NCBI GenBank assembly: GCA_036867785.1
Contig: CP145419.1
Span: 372,001-436,000, forward strand
Direction: 5' to 3'
Source of the DNA: Plasmodiophora brassicae
Taxonomy: Eukaryota
DNA length: 64,000 nt
Shown here one piece after another: positions 48,396 through 58,691 of the stretch. Each line of letters opens with the position of its first letter. The first letter of the stretch is position 1. The notes under the pieces were generated by a model. The model was not told the origin of the DNA. It saw only the letters and a program-made list of their open reading frames with translations, and made no database searches. The position numbers and the translations under genes were made by a program.

Positions 48396-51300
48396 CTACA
48401 GTGACGGCGGCGGCTGCTGGCTTGACGAGGCCGAGGCGCGCTTGCCAGATGCTGGGGATGATCGACGCATCGACGCAGATGCCGCCAGCAGGGCGGCCCT
48501 AAGCGTGCCGTTCGCGGCACCTGACGTCGATGACGTCGTCGACGATCGTCGCGCGTCGCTTGCCGTGGCGATCGAATTCCCAGAGAACGATAGACGCTTC
48601 GAGGAACGCGGCGACAGATCCGCAGGCTTGGCCTGCGCAGGACTGGGGTCCGGTGAAGGACTATCGGGTTTCAGCAGGTTCGTCGTTACACGCCTCAGGA
48701 ACGCGCGAAGCTTTGGCGCGCCGGACGCCGGTGGGGCAGGCACTGGTGACGGCAGTAGGATTTGCGATCCTGCCCCACCTGATATTGGGAACGGCGACAG
48801 CGGAGATGAGCTGGCGCCCTTGCCACGCTGCGCCTGCAGGACCGTATCCACGAGCGACGCCATCTGTGCACGGGTCAGCAACCACCCGCCAACGATACCC
48901 TCGGTCGACGCCGGCTGACCTTTCGTGCAGCGGGGGGCGATGCTGCCATCTTCTTCGGTGCTGGCAGGACAGGAACGGGTGCACGCTGTGGGGCGAACGG
49001 CGATGCGAAGTTGCCGAGCTCGATGGTCTTGCTGGAGACGGCGCTGGACCGAGGTGGTTTCCTGGCCGATGCTGACGACGCCGGTTCAGCAGGCGCGCGT
49101 GTTGGATCCGGGGCGTCGCCGGCGACGTCATCGACAGCGCTGATGTCGGTGCCGTCTTCGCGGGCGCGTTTCATCGCGTCCCACCGGTTGCGCCACCAGA
49201 CCAGCATCTTCTCCAGCTTGGCGATTCGCCGACGCAGCTCCAGGTCGGCGATGCTTCGAGCGGCGCCCTTCGCGTCCGTCATCAGCTTGGCGACGCGATC
49301 GCCATCGCTCTCCATCGACTCGGCGATCTGGTCGCTGAGCTCCTGGTTCTCGCGCAGCAGCTGCGTTCGTTCCTTGCGAAGCTTCACGTTGTCGGCACGA
49401 AGGTCGACAATGACGGTCGGGCTGCGTTCCTGCTTCAGCTGGGTTTGCAGGTCAGCGCACTGCGCTTCGAGCGTGCCACACTTCGTCTCCAGCTCCGAGA
49501 CCTTCTTCCAGGCGTCGCGCGTCTCTCTCTCGGTCGAGGCCAGCTTCTTCGACACGATATCCAGTTCCTTCGCAGAAGCAGGCGGCGGCGCCTTCGCGTT
49601 CACATGCGTCATCGACCTTTGCCTCACTAGCGTTCGTCGATGCCGCCATGCGGCAATACTGGATGGCGTCGCGTTGTCGTGGTCATAGGGCGTGTCATCC
49701 TTGATCTCATTCGAGCCATCAGGTTCAACACCATTTCGTGACGCGTAGTCGTCCTCAGCCTCCAGAACGGACCCGTGTTCGACATCACGGTCGTAGTAAT
49801 CATCGAGAGGGTCATCGCGACCGTGGCCGATGCCGATTGTCTCCAAATCGAACTTGTCCATGTCGTTGAGCAGGGCCTCCACGTCTTCATCGTCAGATGC
49901 GGGTTCCTTGACGTTTCCCTCTTCGGAAGCATGGTCGACATTCCTTGGAATGCCATGCGCGAGACGACGCCTACTTGGCACCCTCTTATGGACCGAGGTC
50001 GATTCGGGACCAGACTCGACGACGGGTTCTCCAGGAACCACACTGGCGCTCGCGAGATCGAGACTCGAACCGTGTTGTTCTAGACCTACAGGACCCGTGG
50101 TCGAGGGCAATGGGCTTTCCCTGTGGACGTCGGGTGACGGTGCGACGCCACCTAGGGCGACCCTTGAAGGCTGAGAGATGAGCGGGGACGTCGATGTCAT
50201 TGCTGGAACAACAGGCGCCGAAGCCGTTGGTAGCGTAGGTAGAGTTGCCTTGACGTTACCGGCCTGCGGTGGACGCCGAGCTGACAGCGAATCACCACCA
50301 GCCTCATCGTCATCATCACTGCCGGCGCTGATGTCGCTATGGTCTTCTTCATCGTCGTACCGCGACTCTTCCGGCAGAGCCTGGTGTTCACCAGTTGTAC
50401 GCAGGGAAGCCTCGTCGACCTCGGACAATGATGGCGATGCGGGGAACACGCTCTGGGTGCCGTCGTTGGACAGACGTTGACGCTGAACGTTTTGAATGCC
50501 TTGCTTGATTTCAGGACGTACATCCCCCACGAACGAGACCGTCGTTTCAGGAGGAGTGACGGAAGGTGCAATCGGTTTAACGGCAGGTGGTGTTCCCCGC
50601 TTTCTCCACTTCATCATAGCTAGGAGGACGATGACTTGGAAGTGTCGATTCAGAAGATCGTCCCGATATGCCTTGAGCTCTTTATGAGCAGCTATGAGAC
50701 CATCGTGGGATGCCTTGAGCTCTTTGTGAGCAATCTGAAGGGCCTCCAGCGATTTCAGTATCTTTGTCTCGGACAGCGTCGAAGGTGTCGGTTGCACGGT
50801 GGCGGCGGCACCGTTCGACTTCTTAACAGACGCAACCTTTTCTTCATCGGGGACAACTTCGTGATGGTGAACGACAACAACCTCTTTCTGCAGGAACGTC
50901 GTCTGCGTTTCAACATCGCGGGTCATCGATGACCAGATGGACGATGGGCCATCAGTTTGCATGCCCGACTCGCTGGTCGCTGGCTTTGGCGTCGCTTTCG
51001 GCACAGGGCTCATCAAAGGTGTCGTTACGTTGGATAGCGGGTCGTGTGGCGTCGACAACGGCGATAGAGTGAGAACAGGACCACTGCCATGATTCGACGA
51101 TGGCATTGGCAGAAGTGGCAAGACGTGGGGTTGTGGAGCGCCTCGATTGCTAACGCCGCCAATCGTGTCGTCTTCATCGTCGTCCTCGTTCAGGTCCGCG
51201 TCTTCTGAACCACTATCGGATCCATACCCGTTCTGAGAAGGTGTGTCGTCAACCGTCGCTTGCGAGTCAGAAGTGGCCCCGGATTGTGGGACTTTGGGCG

Positions 51301-53411
51301 CGATAAACCGCACCACCGGCTGAGCTTCATACTGTGGAGTTGTTGAAGGTGGTTGTTGTCCAGCGACCGAAGACTGAGGTACATCTGCACCGGCTCGTGT
51401 GACGCTGCCACGCCGATGACGATCACTGGAGTTGTGCCTGTCACTTCCGCCGTTCTCATGCTTGTGAACAGCCTTCGGCAGCTGGGCCAGCTTGATTCTC
51501 AGTTCTGCGCTTTCCTACATGAATCGCATTGTTAGCAAACGACACAACTTTGGAACGTGTCACTGTTCAGACCTGCTCAGCACGGGCGCGAAGCTTACGT
51601 TCGGCGCGAATCTCAGCAACAACACGCTTCAGGTCGCCACGCAACTGAGTGACCTTGGCGCGAAGGGCTCCCGTCTCAGGAGTGGACGCTTTCTGATCCG
51701 GCCCACTTTCGGTAGTCGGCGTCGATTCCTCTTCCTCTTCGTCATCTACGGGATCAGCGACGGCTGCGTCACGCGCCAAGGCTTCGCGGCGGATGGCCGA
51801 CTTCAGATTGCGAATCGTCATTTCCAGTGCGTCTCTCATATCGCGTTCTCGATCTAGTTCCGCTTGCTGGGACGCAACCTGAAAGCAAGCAATGTAAGGG
51901 ACATTAGCCACTTTCCATCGCCGGACACGTACTTGTTGCTCCAGATGTCGAAATTGAAGCAAAACCTGCCTTCCTCGTTCTTCAGCGTCGGTGCCGACGC
52001 GAGGAGTCCCTTCGTGATGGGGAGACGTATCCGAAGACGGTTCTAGTTCTCGAATCCGGGCCCGCAGCTGCGCGATCAGGTCCTGCTGGACTGCATCGGC
52101 GATCTGCATCCGAAGTATTGTCTGAGCAGGATCCGCTGAGTTCGCATCGACCGCAGCCTCATCACTGGCAACAGCCGTGATGAACACGTTTGCACGCCTC
52201 TCGTTCGTCTTGGCTTGCCGGAGTGTTTTCATGTGGCGTGCCAGCGCCTTCTTGTTGATGTACTGCCTATGCGATAGGTACTCCATCATGTCCTGTCTGC
52301 CGACGAGGAAACGGTTCTCTTCGTCAACGGCGGACATCTCCATGAGTGACAGGCGACGCTCTTCGTTACGCTGGAGAGTGCGACTCCGTTCCAAAAGGCC
52401 AGACATGTCTGTACGAAGGTCGGCCGACGTTGTGGCCGATCGTGTCAACGCGGACACGGTGGCCATGATGCTGTTTCGCAATTCAATAAAGTCGAACTCT
52501 TTCAGCGAGCCACTTCCGCTCGCTATCGTGTTGTACTCCTCATCCAGGAACGCAATGGTACCAGTAACACGAGCGATCAACGCCCGGATAACAGTGAAGA
52601 AATGGGCACGTTTCGCCTGTAGGGCCTCGAGCGTCTGGCGTCGTGTCATTGTCGACGCCATCATCATCGTGTGCGACTCGTTACCGAACTCATTGTCAAA
52701 GTACGACTCAAGGAACGTCGAAAGGCGTGCCGAGAAATTCGTCGTGGACTGCTCATCAGTTATGGCCAGGGAGTCAGCGTCGCCAAGAGATCCAGATCGT
52801 TCACCGGGATTCCCATTCGGCATATCCGAGAATGCTTCCTGGAGAGTTTCCAGTTTCAACGCAACGTCATGGTTGACCGCCTCCAGCGCATCCATGATGT
52901 CTTCGGAGACGCGCTTGCCTTCACCGACCTCATCGTCTTTCCCAGGGTCGTCAGCGTCAAACACCTTGACCTGGTTCTCTCCGAAACGCGTTGATTTGCG
53001 ACGAACTTTCTTCGGTGCGTCCTCGACGGTCGGCGAGGGTGACTTCTCTCCGACAGCATCGACCCGACGTGGTTGCCCTCCAGATTTGCGTCGTTCTCGC
53101 CGTTGCGGTGCACTGGATTTCTTACTTCGAAACCGGAGCGCTTTACGAGATGGGGGCTTGACAGGTGAAAGCGTTGGCGCCTGCCCTGGACCAACGCCAG
53201 CCGCGGCCGCCTTGGGCTTCTTGTCAAGTGTATGAAGGAAATCGTTAACGTTGGAGTGCGTTGTTTCCAGTTCGCTGAAGATGGGCGGCAGTTTAGCCAG
53301 GTAGTCGCGGTCGACGTTATCGGAATGAGATAGGCGTTCAAGTCGTCGGACAGTTTCTCCAGACACGGTGGAGGCAGGTGGGTCGGCGCCAACGGTCGAG
53401 GCTTCGCCCAT
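48396..53411 (-). CDS. Large coiled-coil / low-complexity protein (about 1,600 aa); spliced
   Basis: ORFs 51567-53411, 48875-51316 and 48396-48881 join in frame across GT-AG introns (EQ|ESAELRIK...PVVRF; ARK|MASLVD). Several heptad segments and acidic or Pro/Ser-rich linkers. Confidence 0.7.
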
Positions 53412-53687
53412 TGCCCCGGTGGCGACTCACGACGCCGACAGCTCCAGCGGCGAAGATACTTCTGGGGACATTCATGGTGGTACTCGATTTCGAAGAGTCG
53501 AATCTGGCAGCAGAGATACTTCAGTTCAGTGGGGGCTCATCTTCGAAGTGTATCTGCACGCAAGTGCATTATGTCAGGGGCCAACATGATTCTGTGACGA
53601 CCAGATCAACCTGAGGAGCAAGTGTGCACTGCAGCGAGTCGAGTTTAACTGGGGTCGTAGCAGCAGTGGTAAATCCCCCAGAGGGCC

Positions 53688-55244
53688 ATGTCGACAGCAG
53701 CAGACCGGCGGGCTCTGCTCCGTCTCCCGAAGCGGAAGGCCCTGCACCAGCGAATCAGACCAGCTGCCACACTTGCGAGTCAGGCCAGGTCAGTGTCCCG
53801 CAAATCGGACACGACAGCGCCCAGGAGACGACGCGTTAAGAAGACCACGACGGCGACGGCCAAGGTACGGATCGCGAACGTCGACGCAGGAACATCAACA
53901 GACGACGGTGACAACGAGGAGAACATCCAGAAGAAGATCAACGAGCTCAAACGGTTCGCTGCACGTGTAATCGATCAGGCGCCTGTCTCGACACCAAAAC
54001 CGGCAGACGATGACGATGTCGAACTGGAAGGCTTGCTGGTCAAAGAGCAAGCGCGCGTCGACTTGGAGCGTGATGCTGATGAACGACGTGCGATTGCCTG
54101 GCAGCGGGTCGAGATGGACGTCAAGCAATTTCGCGAGCAGCAAACGACGGTGCTCGAGTCCAATCTACAGTGCGCTCAAGAAAGCTTCAAACGTCGTCAG
54201 GACGCGAAACTCAAAAGTATCGCAGACGACCTGAGAAAGCAGCTGGCCGACAGAATCAAGGCAGCTCGAACAGTCAGCGATGAACGTATGGCCGAGAGGG
54301 TCGCAGACCTTCAGAAAACGTACGCGGCGAAAACGGAGGAGGAGGAGGCTCGCGTCAGGAAAGAGTTCGACGAGGAGCTCGAGAAAAGGGCCGAATCGGT
54401 ACAGGCAGCGTGGCGCACACAGCACGAGGCGAGGATGGCTGAACTCGACCGAGAGCTCGCTGAGGATCGTCTGCGACGCATCAGGAAACAACGGGCAGAT
54501 CACGAATCGGCCCTGCAGAATGAGATCGTTGACATTAGACATGCATACGCCAAGGAAACAGACGATATCTTGAGCAAGACCAAGAACGATTTGGAGGTCA
54601 AGAAGCGGACGCGGGTCGCCGAACTACGAGAGCGCTTGGAAGCAGAGCGTGACGAGAGCATCGCTGAACTGGAACGAACGCTTGCTGAGGATATGGAGAA
54701 GGACCTTCGCAAAGTCGAGAAGGAATGTCGACATCAAACTTCGACAAGACTCGATGAGCTCAAGGCCGCATACGACCGCGAGAAGTCGTTGACGCTGACG
54801 GACGTGTACTCAAGAGCGCAGCAGACGGCAGAGGCCCAAATAAGGAACCTACGACAGCAGCACGAAGCTGATCTGGCGGAAACAATCGCGTCCGAGCAAC
54901 GGCGACTCGAAGCAGAGCACCTGTCCAGGTTGGAGGCTGACAAGGAAAGGCATGCCGCAATGATTGCACAAATTATGCACGACATCAGCGTTAAGTTCCT
55001 GGCCGAGCACGACGACTGCGGTCTGGCGGCACACCTGAAATCCAGCGACGTTGCAATGAAGGACAAGATCGCAAAGATGGCCGGGTGCATTAGCGACCTG
55101 CGAAGAAGACTGAAGGAATCGACAACCTGCAATACGTGCAGAAAGCTGTTGGCGTACAACGCCGAATTGCTATCAAGAGGCAGCAGCAGGCAGCCGAGAG
55201 ATCGACCGCACGGTGACAGTAGCGCATCCGAAATCGAAGAATAA
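53688..55244 (+). CDS. E/R/K-rich coiled-coil protein (518 aa, intronless) with a C-terminal CxxC
   Basis: Long uninterrupted ORF with charged helical composition; divergently paired with the gene starting at 53411. Confidence 0.7.
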   Translation: MSTAADRRALLRLPKRKALHQRIRPAATLASQARSVSRKSDTTAPRRRRVKKTTTATAKVRIANVDAGTSTDDGDNEENIQKKINELKRFAARVIDQAPVSTPKPADDDDVELEGLLVKEQARVDLERDADERRAIAWQRVEMDVKQFREQQTTVLESNLQCAQESFKRRQDAKLKSIADDLRKQLADRIKAARTVSDERMAERVADLQKTYAAKTEEEEARVRKEFDEELEKRAESVQAAWRTQHEARMAELDRELAEDRLRRIRKQRADHESALQNEIVDIRHAYAKETDDILSKTKNDLEVKKRTRVAELRERLEAERDESIAELERTLAEDMEKDLRKVEKECRHQTSTRLDELKAAYDREKSLTLTDVYSRAQQTAEAQIRNLRQQHEADLAETIASEQRRLEAEHLSRLEADKERHAAMIAQIMHDISVKFLAEHDDCGLAAHLKSSDVAMKDKIAKMAGCISDLRRRLKESTTCNTCRKLLAYNAELLSRGSSRQPRDRPHGDSSASEIEE

Positions 55245-55301
55245 CGCGATCGACACGTTTGTAGGGCAATAAAACTGCAGATGTAGAAGCAATGACAATC
55301 G

Positions 55302-58300
55302 TTACGACGCTGTTTGACGACGTCGCTTCATTTGCGAATTCGCACCTGATGACTGTGAGCCATTACGTTGTTCAATAGCCTGCTTGATTCGTTTGCTTCG
55401 TATTGTTGCCGCGCGTTCACCGTTTCCGAAGAAAGCCTCCAGCTTGGTCTGATACATGGGATTGCGTTGGCGTTCGAGGACAGGCCCGATTTGCTCGTCG
55501 AGACGGTCTGACGTCCACCCCATCTTAACTGCACAGAACTGTCGAAGCTGTTCCACATAAAGTGGTGCCCACTGGAAGCGTTCCTCGCTCAAGTCGACAA
55601 CAGGGTTGAGGTATGTTGTTCGCACATCAGCAGGTGGGAAATCGCGCGCCACCTGCCAATTTCGTCTAACGTTGCGATGGGACAGCTTGAACTTGTTCAG
55701 CCGTGCGCGCTTATCGGGGGCGTCGCCATCCACGACAGCATCGCTGTCGACACCGTCAGCATCGTCGTCGTTCTTGTCCGACTTATCGGATTCAACTGCA
55801 TCTGAATAGACCCAGTCTCGAAAATCCTCAAGGCTGTCGAACGCGTTGACAATCTCGATGGCATTGACGACCCCAATACCATGGACGCCTTCGGTGTAGT
55901 CACTTCCGAGGAGAAGCGCCATTCGAATCAGCTTTTCGCGGTCAACGCCGAGTTCGCGTTCGAAGTCTTCAAGGACATATCTCTCGACCTGCTTGTCCTG
56001 GCTGAACATGTGCCGGTAGACGTTCCGTGCGCCAAACAGGAAGACATCCGAATCGTCGGTTACAACCCCGTCAACAAGACCGAGCGTTTCGAGAGCCGCA
56101 CATTGCGCTTCGGCTTCAGCAGGTGCAACGATAAACGGAATACCGAACAGGCGAAGAAGCTGTTGCGTTTCCTCGATCATCTCGCTCGTAACGTGATCGG
56201 CATCACGCATCTGCTTTTGCTGGGCAGCGTTCATAGCGGCCAGCTCATCCTGTGCCGCATTCTCCATCTCTAGTAACGATGCCGATGTGTTTGCTATTGC
56301 TGCATGATTTCTTGGAGGCGACATGTCCACCATCACTTGATGCGAGTGCTTCCCCGCCTCACTTGTCGATTCCGATGCAACTGCCGACGACGCCGGTCGA
56401 CTTCTTGGTAGCGACAGTTCACTTGGTGTCAATGCCATCGGTGACGGCAAGGAGGCAGCGTCACAACATCCTGCGTCCACAGCGCCAATTGCAGGTTTGG
56501 ATACGGTATCGTCTGAGACACTAGTAGCAGAAGGGCCACCCAGACCTTCAGAAGCCCTGGCTGTGGAGGAACTCGGAAGTGCAACGTTGGCCTGGGCGGT
56601 ACCAGGCTTTGCAGACTGCGGTCGCCGATGATCATCTGAAAGGGGCAGTGACGTCTCAGCGACATCACCGTGTACACGGGACGCATCAGGAGCAGGTTCG
56701 CGAAGGTTGATTGCTGATGAACGTACTTGGTCTTGGGATGACAGATCGAACTCCACTGATAGCTCACGAGTCGGCGACGGATGACGCTGAGGAATTAGAG
56801 TTTGAATGTTGACTGCGACAGGATCTTTCTGAGGCGGACTGTCGGTAATGAGTGTTGGCGTCGGCAGACCGGTTGTCAATGGGATAGCACGCTCGGGCGA
56901 TGTCGTAGGCGACGGACTGTCGAAGCTGAGCGTCGGTGTTGGTGGGCAACTCTCTACCTGAGTATTTTCAGGTGACGCTGCACTTGTCAAAGGTTCCGAC
57001 GAAGCCGTTTGTGAGGCTGAACTCATCTCTTTCGTTAACGATGACTTCCGTTGAAGCAGGTAGAAATTCAATCGCGAGTTACGCATATTGAGGAGCTTGC
57101 TGATTCCTGAATCAGGAGCGGGGGCAACTTCAGGCGTCGCAACTTCAGGAGTCTCGGGGACGACATCTTCGCGAAGAGAAATTGCTTGCGAATCCTCGGC
57201 AACGACGTGCTGGACATATTCAACATCATCATCACTGAACAGGTTGTCGATTTCAGCAGAACGATCAACAAGTGGTAGCACCTCTCGCTCTTCGGGAATA
57301 GATTTGTTGGAACGCTTGCATGAAACACAAGGCAGCGAATTGTCACCCCTGTTCTTAGTGGCACAGAACGGGCAACTCCAATGCTGAACCGGGTCAAGCC
57401 TACCATGACGGCAGCGTTGACATGAATTTCGAATGGCCATGTTGACGAAATCACATTGAGCACATGTCCAATCAGTCATGTGGAGCTGGTCCAGACGAAA
57501 TGAAGCCGGTTCGGCGGCTTCCCAGCTTTCAGATAACTGGCGAGATTTCGTCGGCGCTGGTTGCGGTTCGGGCGCTTTCACAAAGTAGAACGACGAATCG
57601 GGCTGTGAAGCAATGGCATGTGTCGGCTGCCCATGCTCGGTCCCGTCTACGTTCATGTTCTCGCGGATCTGATTGACGCGTCGATTGAAGGCGCTGGTGG
57701 ACAGAAACTGGGACAATTGCGCCCCGCTAAAGTCGCTTGGTGTATCACTGGCCGCTACGAGTGCGACTCGGGTATCATGGGCACGATCCTCGCGAAGTTT
57801 CTCCATTATCTCAAACTGCATCGAGTATGGCAGAGCCGCCAGTGCAATCGGGTCGTTGACGTCGAATCCGTCGGGAACGTCGATCTCCAGATCATCGCCG
57901 CCATCATCGTCTTCACTATCGTCGCTTCCGAACAGGTCCACAAATTCGTCAACGACGTTAGAGGTTTCATGTGAGATCTCGACAGATGTTGAGTCGCCAC
58001 CATTAACCAGCCTCTCGCGAAGCTCCTTGATCGTCTTCACCTTCAGCTGCGCAAGCAGTATCTTCTCGGCAGTGCGCTTCACAGCAGCCTCGCTACGATC
58101 ACGAAGACGTCGGCGCGCGGCAAGCGTCTTCCGTTTCAGCATGGGCGCCGGCCCATCAAACACGAAGACGGGTCGAATCCCGAACACCAGCAAACGGCAG
58201 ATGCGCCGAATCATCCCGACCAGATGCGCATCGTTCCGCACCTTGCCGTCTTCGTCCCGCATCGCCTTCAGGAACTGCACCAGCCATAGAGACGCGTCGA

Positions 58301-58385
58301 TGGCGAGGACTCGCGCCGATAGCCCCGACAAGGGCAGTCGTCGGCCGCATGCGGACAGCAGTGTCCACAATCCCTTTACACCCAT
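55302..58385 (-). CDS. ERCC5: XPG/RAD2 structure-specific endonuclease (1027 aa, intronless)
   Basis: XPG-N MGVKGLW...LAIDASLWL...PVFVFDG; XPG-I LLRLFGIPFIVAPAEAEAQCA...TDDSDVFLFG; H3TH LLGSDYTEGVHGIG; PIP-like QTKLEAFF; long spacer. Confidence 0.95.
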   Translation of the reverse strand: MGVKGLWTLLSACGRRLPLSGLSARVLAIDASLWLVQFLKAMRDEDGKVRNDAHLVGMIRRICRLLVFGIRPVFVFDGPAPMLKRKTLAARRRLRDRSEAAVKRTAEKILLAQLKVKTIKELRERLVNGGDSTSVEISHETSNVVDEFVDLFGSDDSEDDDGGDDLEIDVPDGFDVNDPIALAALPYSMQFEIMEKLREDRAHDTRVALVAASDTPSDFSGAQLSQFLSTSAFNRRVNQIRENMNVDGTEHGQPTHAIASQPDSSFYFVKAPEPQPAPTKSRQLSESWEAAEPASFRLDQLHMTDWTCAQCDFVNMAIRNSCQRCRHGRLDPVQHWSCPFCATKNRGDNSLPCVSCKRSNKSIPEEREVLPLVDRSAEIDNLFSDDDVEYVQHVVAEDSQAISLREDVVPETPEVATPEVAPAPDSGISKLLNMRNSRLNFYLLQRKSSLTKEMSSASQTASSEPLTSAASPENTQVESCPPTPTLSFDSPSPTTSPERAIPLTTGLPTPTLITDSPPQKDPVAVNIQTLIPQRHPSPTRELSVEFDLSSQDQVRSSAINLREPAPDASRVHGDVAETSLPLSDDHRRPQSAKPGTAQANVALPSSSTARASEGLGGPSATSVSDDTVSKPAIGAVDAGCCDAASLPSPMALTPSELSLPRSRPASSAVASESTSEAGKHSHQVMVDMSPPRNHAAIANTSASLLEMENAAQDELAAMNAAQQKQMRDADHVTSEMIEETQQLLRLFGIPFIVAPAEAEAQCAALETLGLVDGVVTDDSDVFLFGARNVYRHMFSQDKQVERYVLEDFERELGVDREKLIRMALLLGSDYTEGVHGIGVVNAIEIVNAFDSLEDFRDWVYSDAVESDKSDKNDDDADGVDSDAVVDGDAPDKRARLNKFKLSHRNVRRNWQVARDFPPADVRTTYLNPVVDLSEERFQWAPLYVEQLRQFCAVKMGWTSDRLDEQIGPVLERQRNPMYQTKLEAFFGNGERAATIRSKRIKQAIEQRNGSQSSGANSQMKRRRQTAS

Positions 58386-58691
58386 TCGCGGACTGCGCTC
58401 TACGTACTGTAGCTACTTTTCCTGCCACCCACAGTGGATGGTCAACACGTCTTCACATTACTCACCACTTGAAACGTCGTTCTTTGTACTCTGTTGTGTA
58501 CGGTATGCATGTCACTGGAATATAAATATAGTTGGAATCAAGAACACAATCATTCCCGAATGCGGAAACCGCATCGGCTCGGTAAAATCGGCTCGGTATC
58601 GGCGATATTTTTAGTGTGGACGAGAGTGACTGCTAGACCGTCGCGGATTGTCGGGACAGTCAGATTGTTTTGTGTTTGGTCGGACAGAGCC

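Noticed and set aside
48172-48502. Plus-strand ORF MTTFADVPRP... overlapping the 3' end of the coiled-coil gene
   Set aside because: Short, no recognisable homology, and partly antisense to a supported exon.
52177-53235. 352-aa plus-strand ORF (also 57673-58614 and 44914-46161)
   Set aside because: Antisense shadows of well-supported genes on the opposite strand.
58494-58691. N-terminal extension of the NTT ORF shown in the ORF track
   Set aside because: It starts at a non-ATG codon in the XPG/NTT intergenic region. Family similarity begins at the ATG at 58692, and the extension does not look like a transit or signal peptide. An upstream ATG cannot be fully excluded.
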